DNA of 64,000 nt from a virus (taxonomy: Duplodnaviria > Caudoviricetes). The notes under the pieces were generated by a model. That model saw only the letters and a program-made list of their open reading frames with translations, was not told where the DNA came from and searched no databases. A program made the position numbers and the translations under genes. Position 1 is the stretch's first letter. The number at the start of each line of letters is the position of its first letter. Positions 42,260-51,332 of this stretch are shown in pieces. The DNA lies in IMG/VR virus record IMGVR_UViG_3300028886_000035, positions 160,001 to 224,000 of that record, one strand, 5' to 3'.

Positions 42260-42634
42260 TTATTTTGTTTTAGACAAATTATCCCAAAAACTTTGTGACG
42301 GTTTAGCAGATGAAAGAATATAAATATCCAACCCTTCATTATTTCCAACACATTCAAATCCACTAGATTTATATAAATTAACTGCTACTGTATTGTCAGG
42401 TGCTACACACAAAGCATTTGCTCCTTTTTTCAAGCAATAATCAAATAATGTCCTGCCTAATCCTTGACCTCTAAATTGTGGTTCAATTTCTAAATTACCT
42501 ACCCATGTAAGATTATCAGATGAATATTTGTATAAATCTACTGTACCTAAATAAGTAGCCCCGTTATACATATTAATATTCGTTTTATTTCCTTCTTGTT
42601 CTTCTTCAAATTTGATATTAGCTAAACGTTTCAT
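42260..42634 (-). CDS. GNAT family N-acetyltransferase
   Basis: I.PQFRGQGLGR.L acetyl-CoA motif and N..A..LY...GF; AGGAG RBS. Confidence 0.88.
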   Translation of the reverse strand: MKRLANIKFEEEQEGNKTNINMYNGATYLGTVDLYKYSSDNLTWVGNLEIEPQFRGQGLGRTLFDYCLKKGANALCVAPDNTVAVNLYKSSGFECVGNNEGLDIYILSSAKPSQSFWDNLSKTK

Positions 42635-42724
42635 AATATTATCTCCTATATAAAACATTTTACATTATTATTATATCGGTATCTACCACTATTTATTATA
42701 TTTATAGAAGGGTGGAATACAATA

Positions 42725-43126
42725 ATGGATAATCCGTATGAAAAATTACAGCCTAAATCATTTACTCTATTGGCAGAACAACAAATAAATGATATTAATC
42801 ATAAAGGGATTATGGGTAAAAATCTATTTATCAAAACATGTATAAATAATATGTATGATTACATAGATGAATTTTATTTTGATTTGTTTACAAATCACAT
42901 AGACATATTTTATTTTATGACGGTTTACGATAATGGCAACGAAAATATTATTGACAAAAAATTAAGAGACATTATAACTAACACATTCATACAAAGTTAT
43001 TTGCATATTGTCAACAATAATTTATTAGATAAAAATATATTCAATCAGTCACTTATAAATAAAACAATCAAACAAGTTTTTGATAACCCTAGAAAAGTAA
43101 ATATGCTTTATAAAAAGAACAATTAA
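42725..43126 (+). CDS. hypothetical protein
   Basis: 133 aa, GGGTGG RBS. Confidence 0.7.
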   Translation: MDNPYEKLQPKSFTLLAEQQINDINHKGIMGKNLFIKTCINNMYDYIDEFYFDLFTNHIDIFYFMTVYDNGNENIIDKKLRDIITNTFIQSYLHIVNNNLLDKNIFNQSLINKTIKQVFDNPRKVNMLYKKNN

Positions 43127-43213
43127 ACCTTCTAAAATCGTTTGTATCACGTTTTAATCAACAAACAGATATAGTTATATACGTTACATAATTTAACTAT
43201 GCTACAATCGAAA

Positions 43214-43290
43214 TTTGACATCCTCCAACGACTGAAGTCGTTGGATTCCTAAGTGACTAACGTTTCTTGCTACCTCCACGGCAGTCTTAA
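43214..43290 (-). mobile_element. IS200/IS605 (TnpB-type) right-end remnant
   Basis: minus strand GGAATCCAACGACTTCAGTCGTTGGAGGATGTCAA: subterminal hairpin plus TCAA end; no tnpA or tnpB nearby. Confidence 0.7.
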
Positions 43291-43881
43291 TCATAAAGAA
43301 GCCCCTGCCTTTTTAAACTGGAAAAAAAGAATTCCACCTAAAGCATTTCCTAATACATTAGTTGCTAAGAAAGGAATATTAAAAGTTCCACACGCTGACA
43401 TAAAGAAAAAGTTTGCTACACAGTGTTCAAACCCACAAAATACAAAGACCGTAACGCAGAAAATTACAAGCAAAGAATTCTTTTGAGTTTTCCACTCATT
43501 GACAGCTAAGAAAATAAGAATATTACAAAAGATAGCTTTGCAAAATACCATCAATAAAGTTTCGGACAATTTATTTTGTAATATAGTCGAAACATTGCTT
43601 TCAATTCCACAACCAAGGAAAACTAAAGCACAAAGACCAATTCCAATAAAATTACCGAATAAAACCGTTGCATTATCCTTCAAACTTTTTAACGTAGGTG
43701 TAGAACTGCATACAAAACCTGTAAATAATTTAAAAGCATGAACACATACAGCTAAAAGACCTACTGAGAAAAGGACAGCCCCAATTAATTTATTAGGAGA
43801 CACAGCAAGAGAAATACACCCTATACCAATGCTCCAACCTGCCAAAAAAGAAGAATATATATAAGATTTAAATTCACTCAT
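43291..43881 (-). CDS. formate/nitrite transporter (FNT family)
   Basis: multi-TM; LFTG, GN..G, CN.L..LAV, F...GFEHCVAN, GN..GG signatures. Confidence 0.88.
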   Translation of the reverse strand: MSEFKSYIYSSFLAGWSIGIGCISLAVSPNKLIGAVLFSVGLLAVCVHAFKLFTGFVCSSTPTLKSLKDNATVLFGNFIGIGLCALVFLGCGIESNVSTILQNKLSETLLMVFCKAIFCNILIFLAVNEWKTQKNSLLVIFCVTVFVFCGFEHCVANFFFMSACGTFNIPFLATNVLGNALGGILFFQFKKAGASL

Positions 43882-43905
43882 GCCAATCACTCTTTCTAAC
43901 AAATA

Positions 43906-44406
43906 TTAACCTTCTAATATCTTATCAAAAAGGCAAACTTTTAATGGAATTTGAGAATAATATTCCCAATCATTCATCAGTCTATCAAATTCATCTGCCC
44001 ATTCAGAATATTTACGAATAATCAATAAAACAGGAACATTCTCTCGACAACTTTCCATAACAAATTCTTTTAAATCATCAATATCAACAAATTTATTCAA
44101 AATAGTCTCTGCGTTTCCACTAAAGAAAGTGCCATCATCTTTCATTACATAGAAATCATCATCATAAGAAAAATGCTCATTATCTTTAGAGTCAATAACT
44201 GGTCTAAAAATCTCTGCTTCTGCCTTAGAATAAATTTTCATCATATTTTCGTCTTTTTCAGCTTGAATATTATAAAGCTCTACAACAGCTTCTTTAGGAA
44301 AAGAATCAAATACTTCAGAAAACTTATCTGTATGAGCATCAATTTGTTTTGCTAAATTATTGGAGTAGTCAATTTCTTTTTTGTATTTCTCTTTTAAAAA
44401 GCCCAT
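43906..44406 (-). CDS. acidic hypothetical protein
   Basis: 166 aa, GAAAGGA RBS. Confidence 0.75.
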   Translation of the reverse strand: MGFLKEKYKKEIDYSNNLAKQIDAHTDKFSEVFDSFPKEAVVELYNIQAEKDENMMKIYSKAEAEIFRPVIDSKDNEHFSYDDDFYVMKDDGTFFSGNAETILNKFVDIDDLKEFVMESCRENVPVLLIIRKYSEWADEFDRLMNDWEYYSQIPLKVCLFDKILEG

Positions 44407-44422
44407 ATTTCAACTTCCTTTC

Positions 44423-44905
44423 TTAACGAAAATATTCAACATAATTATCAATAATATATTTTGTATCTTTATAAATCTCTTTATCAAACTTATTCACTAA
44501 AACAGTTGGTTCATTATCAGAAGGATTTTCCTTCCAATAATCAATGTCTATCCAATCCTCAAATTCTCCCCAAAAAGCATTATAATCTTTTGTTTTACCT
44601 CTGATATCTATAAAATTATCTTCTTCATCTATACAAAAAGAATGAATAAGGCTTTTTTCGTATGAATACACATTTACAATTTTATATCCAAACTGTTTAT
44701 GTAATCTTAATGCAAAAATATTGCAAAATCCATGAAGAAAATCATACAGACTTAATTTATTTTCAGAGTTTGGAATAAAACAAGGTTCTTTATCATTGTT
44801 AATAACAATAATATCTTCCAAAAAAGAAAAATCTGTATTTTTATTATCATTAAATATTACTGCCCCTTCACGATAAAAATCTTGTAATTCCATATCTTTG
44901 AACAT
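44423..44905 (-). CDS. hypothetical protein, possible Cys-His-Asp papain/transglutaminase-like fold
   Basis: G.C..FA..L, IHSF, DIRG. Confidence 0.65.
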   Translation of the reverse strand: MFKDMELQDFYREGAVIFNDNKNTDFSFLEDIIVINNDKEPCFIPNSENKLSLYDFLHGFCNIFALRLHKQFGYKIVNVYSYEKSLIHSFCIDEEDNFIDIRGKTKDYNAFWGEFEDWIDIDYWKENPSDNEPTVLVNKFDKEIYKDTKYIIDNYVEYFR

Positions 44906-45104
44906 TGTAACTCATTCCTTTCAATACTGTTTATCTCTATGGTTATAGAATATCACATATATAGCTTTTTGTAAAGATGTTTTTTATATATTTTTGAATT
45001 ACAAACTTTTGAATAAAACATTTTACAAAAGTACATTAAACAAAAATGCAAAATGTTTTATTTTTATATATCAAAATAGGCAGGATATTTCACCTGCCTA
45101 TTTT

Positions 45105-45632
45105 TTATTTCTTGATACGCTTACGATTTTTCAAACCGATACGAAATGAATAACCGTTATCCATAACATATTTCAAGTAGTCTCTTAATTCCTGTTCATT
45201 GTAAATACCTCTTACACAAATCTCTTTTGCAATCATACAATCTGTGTTATCTTTTTCATTATACATGATATAAAGCAAATTGCCTTTATCCACAAACTGT
45301 TTCACACTATCTTTAGCTCGTTTAACGCTATTCCACAAACCATTATAAAAGTCAATAACCTTAATGCTATCACTTGTATGACTTGTGAAAATCTGTGTAT
45401 CTTCTTCATCACCGAACCACTTATCACAAGTATTGACAAGATACTTGTGCCATTGTGCTACCGTCTTAACAGGTTTTTCACCATCGAAAGAAAACCATAA
45501 GCGTTCATAAACCTCCCTTCTTGTTGTATAATTAAACTCTGTACAATTCGATGAACCAATGCACCAAAGTAAAAGAACTTCATCGTTTGAAAGTTTAATG
45601 CCTACACGGTCATACATAATTGAATAACTCAT
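45105..45632 (-). CDS. hypothetical protein (GS.NC.E motif)
   Basis: GGGAGG RBS, promoter, terminator. Confidence 0.8.
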   Translation of the reverse strand: MSYSIMYDRVGIKLSNDEVLLLWCIGSSNCTEFNYTTRREVYERLWFSFDGEKPVKTVAQWHKYLVNTCDKWFGDEEDTQIFTSHTSDSIKVIDFYNGLWNSVKRAKDSVKQFVDKGNLLYIMYNEKDNTDCMIAKEICVRGIYNEQELRDYLKYVMDNGYSFRIGLKNRKRIKK

Positions 45633-45912
45633 TTCAATTACCTCCCAATCGAACCTGTGAACCTCTTTATGTTTATATATTATCACATCTTAGATACTTT
45701 GTCAAGAATTTTTTTATTTTATTTCTCTCAAAACATGTTTTGTTTCTATGGTTATATATTACCACATATATATAATATTGTCAACAATTTTTTTATATAA
45801 ATAGATATAATAAAACATTTTACAAACAAACTAGTTCCATTGAAAAAATGTAAAATGTTTTATATCAAAATCATTTAGTAAAGCGATAGGAAATTTCCTA
45901 TCGCTTTACCCA

Positions 45913-46278
45913 TCATATTTGTCTCATTCGTTTATCAACACTTTGCATACATTCAATCGCTTTTTGTCTGATTGATTTCTCATGACCTGTATAATAACGT
46001 TTCAACAATTTATCGTATTGCATACAAAAAAAGTCTTTTTCGTTACTAGTTAATGTCTCCACATCAAAATCAATCTGAACGTTTTTACCGAATTGCTTTC
46101 GCATAATATCAGTAAAGCTAGTTTGCATACCGAATTTGATAAACGTTTGTTCATCGAACAACATCGAACTTGCTCGTCGTTTTACATCTAAGCAATTTGC
46201 ATAGCAACAAACGATAACACTCTGCCCATTGTCGCTCAAGAACTTCAAAACTTGTTGACGAATATGCTTATTATCCAT
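45913..46278 (-). CDS. hypothetical protein (paralog of 46558-46911)
   Basis: shared V.KFL.DNG...IV..YAN.LD.KR, FD..TF, M...FG..V. Confidence 0.8.
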   Translation of the reverse strand: MDNKHIRQQVLKFLSDNGQSVIVCCYANCLDVKRRASSMLFDEQTFIKFGMQTSFTDIMRKQFGKNVQIDFDVETLTSNEKDFFCMQYDKLLKRYYTGHEKSIRQKAIECMQSVDKRMRQI

Positions 46279-46557
46279 AAGCACACCTCCTATTTAATTG
46301 TTAGAGAACTTATTCGGAACAATCTCTCCTGTTCCTTACATTGTACATGATAGCACGCTAGCTACATATTGTCAATGGAATTTGTATAATTCTAATATGC
46401 TTCTAATGATAAATTTTACAGATAAAACATTTTACAAAATATCAGTATCATTGAAAAAGTGTAAAATGTTTTATTCATTTTATAATTTTATCAGATAAAA
46501 CATTTTACAAAAAAAGCAATATAAAAATAGGGAATGAAAAATCATTCCCTATGATAA

Positions 46558-46911
46558 TTATGATATATTATCAATTTTTTTAATCAGTTCTTTTGCATCG
46601 TTGATAACATGACTTTTATCATTATCAAAATACTTTTGTCTTAATTGTTCATACCTAAATTTCAATGTAGCATATTGAACATCATACTTACCATCATTAA
46701 AACATTCTTGCATAAATTGTGTTTCTACTTGTCTACCAAATTTACGTTTCATTGTAGAAATGAAATATTGTTGCATAGCCATATTAACAAAAGTATCGTT
46801 ATCAAATTTAAGCATTTTCTTTCGTTTCAAATCTAAGTAGTTTGCATATCCACCAACAATTAATTTTTCCCCATTATCATTGAGAAACTTAATAACTTCA
46901 TCTTTAAGCAT
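46558..46911 (-). CDS. hypothetical protein (paralog of 45913-46278)
   Basis: same motifs; GGGAGG RBS. Confidence 0.8.
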   Translation of the reverse strand: MLKDEVIKFLNDNGEKLIVGGYANYLDLKRKKMLKFDNDTFVNMAMQQYFISTMKRKFGRQVETQFMQECFNDGKYDVQYATLKFRYEQLRQKYFDNDKSHVINDAKELIKKIDNIS

Positions 46912-47129
46912 ACAAATTACCTCCCTATTAAACCTACTATGATTTTATCAAAAATCCATATATATGTCAAGATAATTTTTTTGTAAAATGTTTTATGTTA
47001 TACTTCTATATAAAACATTTTACAAATTGTTGTTTTGACCTTTTTTTGTAAAATGTTTTATTATATGGCATATGATAATTATTATCAATAATACAATAAA
47101 AGTATATCTTTGAGCAATATTAAAAACTG

Positions 47130-47302
47130 CTTTTTTTTGAAAATCAAAAATTTAGGTATGGGGGGGTCAAAAAATCAGGAGGGGGGGTAGTATAAATTTG
47201 TTTCAAAAATTAAGTTAATCAATTTATAATAAAATAGCTTAAAAAATTTTTAAAAATTATTTTTTTTCTAATTCAAGAAAATCAGCATGGGGGGGTGGCA
47301 AA
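47130..47302. repeat. three G7 runs preceded by AAAA(T)/AAAATCAG tracts; candidate terminus or packaging signal
   Basis: G7 at 47160, 47181, 47289 in very AT-rich DNA; the function is inferred. Confidence 0.6.
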
Positions 47303-47303
47303 A

Positions 47304-48143
47304 TTATACAATTCTTTTAACAAATCTATTTTTATTATTATATAAATATATTTTTTTATATCCAACATCTTTTAATTTATTTATAAGTTTATATAATGAT
47401 ATACCTTGCATAGTTTCAATAAAGGCAAGTTGATTGACTTTATGACCAAACGCACAAGAATGAATATTTATATCTTTTAATTCATTTTTATCTAATCTAA
47501 CTTGTCTTTTATCTGATATAAAATCAATATGATTATTATTACACCAACGCAATAAACATTTTGTATGTGATTCTTTTTGTTTTGTTTCTAAATATATATT
47601 TGGCTTGATATAAATCCATCCATTGTCTCTTGTATCAAAATCTAATTGTCTATTAATTTTAACCACTTGACCTATAGAATCATTATATGTATATAATTCT
47701 TTTATATCTTTAATTTCATTTATATTGCCGAAACCACAATACTTTTTTGTATATAATGGATTATCGCGCATATACTTCATTATATCTTTTAACCAATTGG
47801 TACAAGCATTATTACATATATAATCATTCTCAACATAATTAACTATTAATGAATAAGGTATTTTCTGATTATATTTTTTACTAATTTCAAATTCCATTTT
47901 TTTTGATAGGGGGGTATCTTTTATAAGAGCAAAAAAATGTTTTAGTGAACAATTATTAAATTGATTATATTTTTTCAAATTATAATAAAAAGTTTGATTA
48001 TTTTCTTGATTATTTTCTTTTAAAGCTAAACCATTTTTTAGAATATTATTAAAATTATTTATATCAAAAACAGTATGGAAATAATTTGCAATTTCCATAC
48101 TATCAAAAACATTTTTTATATAATTTAATTTTCTATTTTTCAC
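47304..48143 (-). CDS. hypothetical protein
   Basis: 279 aa, start overlaps the deaminase stop. Confidence 0.7.
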   Translation of the reverse strand: MKNRKLNYIKNVFDSMEIANYFHTVFDINNFNNILKNGLALKENNQENNQTFYYNLKKYNQFNNCSLKHFFALIKDTPLSKKMEFEISKKYNQKIPYSLIVNYVENDYICNNACTNWLKDIMKYMRDNPLYTKKYCGFGNINEIKDIKELYTYNDSIGQVVKINRQLDFDTRDNGWIYIKPNIYLETKQKESHTKCLLRWCNNNHIDFISDKRQVRLDKNELKDINIHSCAFGHKVNQLAFIETMQGISLYKLINKLKDVGYKKIYLYNNKNRFVKRIV

Positions 48144-48565
48144 TTAATAATTTCCTCTGCATATCCATTATTAATTGTATATACGATTCGTTTAATACCA
48201 ACTTTTTTAATTAGTGTGTAACAAGCATTACATGGTCTACAACATTTTAACCATTTTTCAGTAGCATCACAACGATAAATATACATAGTACAACCATATA
48301 AATCTTCATTTGAATTAACAATTGCAGAAATTTCTGCATGAATGTGATGTTGAAATTTTACATCATTATAATAACTTAAATATCTATCGTAATATTTTTG
48401 TATGGGATGGGTCTTTTTACTATTTTTACCAACAGAAATAATGCGATTTTTCTTTACAATAACTGCGCCTATATGTACAATTCTATGTTGCATAGTTGTT
48501 CTAAAAGTAGATGTTTTAGAAACGGCTTCGGCAATACGCATAAACTTTTTATCTTTTTTTGTCAC
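48140..48565 (-). CDS. dCMP/cytidine deaminase family zinc protein
   Basis: IGAVIV, HAE, PC..C, GI..I.Y motifs. Confidence 0.88.
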   Translation of the reverse strand: MTKKDKKFMRIAEAVSKTSTFRTTMQHRIVHIGAVIVKKNRIISVGKNSKKTHPIQKYYDRYLSYYNDVKFQHHIHAEISAIVNSNEDLYGCTMYIYRCDATEKWLKCCRPCNACYTLIKKVGIKRIVYTINNGYAEEIIK

Positions 48566-48673
48566 ACGAACACATATCCTTTTTAAGTTGATTGACTTTT
48601 ATTGATATTATATCACATTATTTTATTATATGTCAATCAAAAAAACTAACCAATATTGGTTAGTTTTTATATA

Positions 48674-49291
48674 TTATTCTTGATTTTGTTCGCTATCGTA
48701 TTGTTGTTTATACCATGTAGCTTTGCCACGAAGTACATTGCCGCCCGTTACAGGGTCGCTATGGTCTGATGTATAATAAGAACTTTCTTCTGTTCCTAAA
48801 TACTGTAAATCCCATCTTTCAACAGTATACTGTGGTCCGTAACAATCATCTTCTGAATATGTATATATTCCATCAATACTATCTGCTGCTTCTCCATGTG
48901 TCATAACATGGTCTGTATCAATCGTAAGCCAAAGTGCGTCTGCTACTTTCCAAATTACTTGTGCCATAACCTCAATTTGGTCTGCCGTAGGAGCATAAGA
49001 GCCTAAATCATTTGTTGTAGCACCATAAGCGCAACAAAGACTAATTCCAATAGCACCACTATTTCTACGCCACGTATGATTTAACACTTCTGATAAATCA
49101 TCTGTAGCTACATAAATAGAACCATCACCTGTAATGTTAATATGGTAATCATCAAAACAAGTATCATAACGTCCTGCTGACCAATGCAAATAAATTTTTG
49201 GTTCACGTCCATACTGACCTGCAATATTCCAAATAGCCTGACGAGCATCAGAAGCCAACTGATAAACTTCATCTAATGTAACTTGTCTCAT
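48674..49291 (-). CDS. N-acetylmuramoyl-L-alanine amidase (Amidase_2/PGRP-like)
   Basis: IYLHWS, YH..I..DG, HT..RN..AIGI, V.THGE; GGAGG RBS. Confidence 0.8.
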   Translation of the reverse strand: MRQVTLDEVYQLASDARQAIWNIAGQYGREPKIYLHWSAGRYDTCFDDYHINITGDGSIYVATDDLSEVLNHTWRRNSGAIGISLCCAYGATTNDLGSYAPTADQIEVMAQVIWKVADALWLTIDTDHVMTHGEAADSIDGIYTYSEDDCYGPQYTVERWDLQYLGTEESSYYTSDHSDPVTGGNVLRGKATWYKQQYDSEQNQE

Positions 49292-49403
49292 TATATAACC
49301 TCCGTTTCTTATAAAAGAAACAATTAAAAAAGTTTTTTATCTACAATTAACATATATAAAAAATTAAATAAAATCACGTTTTTGTATACTATACTAATAA
49401 TAA

Positions 49404-50654
49404 TTAAATAGATACAATAATTTTAAAATCCAATTGTACATCTGCATCGTTATATAATGTAATGGAATTTTTACTATTGTATGCTAATGTACAAACACCT
49501 TCTGCATTAATATATTTATTAATAGTACGTGAACCAGATATAGTATCTTTAACAAGTACTTTTATTTGCATGGAATATAAATCCATTGTGCTATCATAAT
49601 TAATAGTGGTATTTCCACCCGCATTAATAGTTTTATCTTGTACATTTACATTTGGTTTTATAACTTTTTTTAAAGCATTAATGGCATTTGTATTATTTGT
49701 AATATTTGTAGTATTTGTATTAATTTTAGGTATAATTATACTATCTATATCATTTTCAACATCGTTTAATTGAGAAGTTAAATCTGTTAATTTTGGATTA
49801 ATTGTATTATTAATTGTATTAACCGCAGATAATGCTTTATTATAAGCATTATTTGTTAAATTGTTAATAGATGATATTGTTGTATTATTTATTGTATTTA
49901 TATCAGATTTTATACTATCAATTTGTGATTGAATACTTCCGCTTGAAGAACTGCCACCAGAACCATTTAATTGTGTATTTAAACTATTTATTTTATTTTC
50001 TAGTGACGTTAAACGACCATCTTGTATTCCATTTTTATTATTAATATTTGTAATACTACTATTTACATTTGTTTTAAATGAAGATAACTGATTTGATAAA
50101 TTACCAATAGATGTTTTATTGTTACTTACATCTATTTTTAATTGATTTATATCAGATTCATCATTAGTTAATCTAGTATTTAAATTGGCTATTTTAGTAT
50201 CTAATCCGGTTCCACTACCTGAACCGCCACCAGTACCGCCAGTATATGTACCACCTGTAGTTGCTTGGTCTATTTTTTTAACAACTGTTGTTAAATTCGT
50301 TAAATTATTTGTTGTATTGGAAATATTTGTAGTGTTGGTATGAACTTGATTTGTAAGGTTTGTTAAATTCGTTGTATTCGTATTTGCTATTTTTGTAGCA
50401 TTATCTATATCTTTACGTATTTTATCTACTTCTGCTTGTATTAAAACAGGTTGTGCGTTTTTTAAAGCAGTTACTTGACTTTTTACTAATGTAATTTCAG
50501 AGTCATTATTAGCTATCAAACCTTTTAATATAGCTATATCTTTTTTATTTTGTTCTGAAACACTTTTGTTCGTATCTATTTGTTCATCATATAAATCTAT
50601 ATCATTATTTGAATCAAGTACAATATTAACGTTTTTACTTTGTAATGTAGCCAA
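49404..50654 (-). CDS. coiled-coil fibre-like protein with Gly/Ser linkers
   Basis: 416 aa, Asn/Thr heptad repeats, globular C-terminus. Confidence 0.75.
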   Translation of the reverse strand: MATLQSKNVNIVLDSNNDIDLYDEQIDTNKSVSEQNKKDIAILKGLIANNDSEITLVKSQVTALKNAQPVLIQAEVDKIRKDIDNATKIANTNTTNLTNLTNQVHTNTTNISNTTNNLTNLTTVVKKIDQATTGGTYTGGTGGGSGSGTGLDTKIANLNTRLTNDESDINQLKIDVSNNKTSIGNLSNQLSSFKTNVNSSITNINNKNGIQDGRLTSLENKINSLNTQLNGSGGSSSSGSIQSQIDSIKSDINTINNTTISSINNLTNNAYNKALSAVNTINNTINPKLTDLTSQLNDVENDIDSIIIPKINTNTTNITNNTNAINALKKVIKPNVNVQDKTINAGGNTTINYDSTMDLYSMQIKVLVKDTISGSRTINKYINAEGVCTLAYNSKNSITLYNDADVQLDFKIIVSI

Positions 50655-50655
50655 T

Positions 50656-51213
50656 TCAATCCACCTCCTTCATCCGTTGTTCTATATACTTAATTTCATC
50701 ATTAATTTTTTCTATATTTACCAATACATCTGATAAACGAATATTATTATTATTTACATTTTCTTCATTGGTAGCTATACGTGCATTAGTCAAAGGAATA
50801 CCATTTTCTTTAAGAGATATAATATCCCAATACATTTTGTCTATATCATCTTTTAATATTTTCAATTCGTTTATGTCATTTTTCAAATTTTTATTTTCTC
50901 TACGTTGACTAATGACAAATTCATTCAATGAATTTTTTATATCTCTTAGCTGAACATCTGTAATGTTTGATTTCATAAAATATTCTTGTATATAATCAAC
51001 AGAATTCATTACTCTAGTAATTTTACTATCTATTCCTTCTACTTGTTCTTTTATAACGCGATATTGTTCTTGTAGCAAATCTATCGCTTCTTGATGTTCC
51101 GTCACTTGTTGTTGTATTACATCTAAAACATTCGGTTCTTGACCATTTTCTTTTGTATCAGGATTGCTTTCATTCTGTTGTTCGTCTTTTTTATATGTAT
51201 CAGAAACTAACAT
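50656..51213 (-). CDS. coiled-coil protein
   Basis: heptad pattern; coupled to the downstream gene. Confidence 0.75.
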   Translation of the reverse strand: MLVSDTYKKDEQQNESNPDTKENGQEPNVLDVIQQQVTEHQEAIDLLQEQYRVIKEQVEGIDSKITRVMNSVDYIQEYFMKSNITDVQLRDIKNSLNEFVISQRRENKNLKNDINELKILKDDIDKMYWDIISLKENGIPLTNARIATNEENVNNNNIRLSDVLVNIEKINDEIKYIEQRMKEVD

Positions 51214-51332
51214 AATATATATCACCACCAATTTTTATTCATCTAAATAATACATATTAAAACTATATAAAAAAATGTTTGTTTTATCTATATAAAAAAT
51301 CCCCTGCTCTTTTGAGCAGGGGGGTAGTTGAC

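Larger units (their letters stand above)
6493..47061. repeat. dispersed 15-bp motif ATAAAACATTTTACA / TGTAAAATGTTTTAT, about 75 intergenic copies, mostly inverted pairs
   Basis: hand count; pairs include 6493/6533, 14669/14704, 15919/15954, 17371/17406, 19555/19590, 28939/28976, 42161/42196, 47010/47047; outliers at 1057 and 1123; none seen after 47061. Confidence 0.95.

Noticed and set aside
10652-46498. Short ORFs containing KCFI, KHFT, KTFY or CKMFY (e.g. 10652, 14569, 17278, 19497, 28776, 38060, 42076, 46298)
   Set aside because: These are translations of the DNA motif across promoters, with no RBS; not a protein family
6493-47061. 15-bp repeats as a CRISPR array
   Set aside because: Repeats are too short, alternate in orientation and are dispersed between genes; vapD is Cas2-like but no cas operon is present
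47304-48143. ADP-ribosyltransferase call from YFHT...ILKNGL (and PRTCVS in 24987-25700)
   Set aside because: Only one motif element visible in each; needs a profile or structure search
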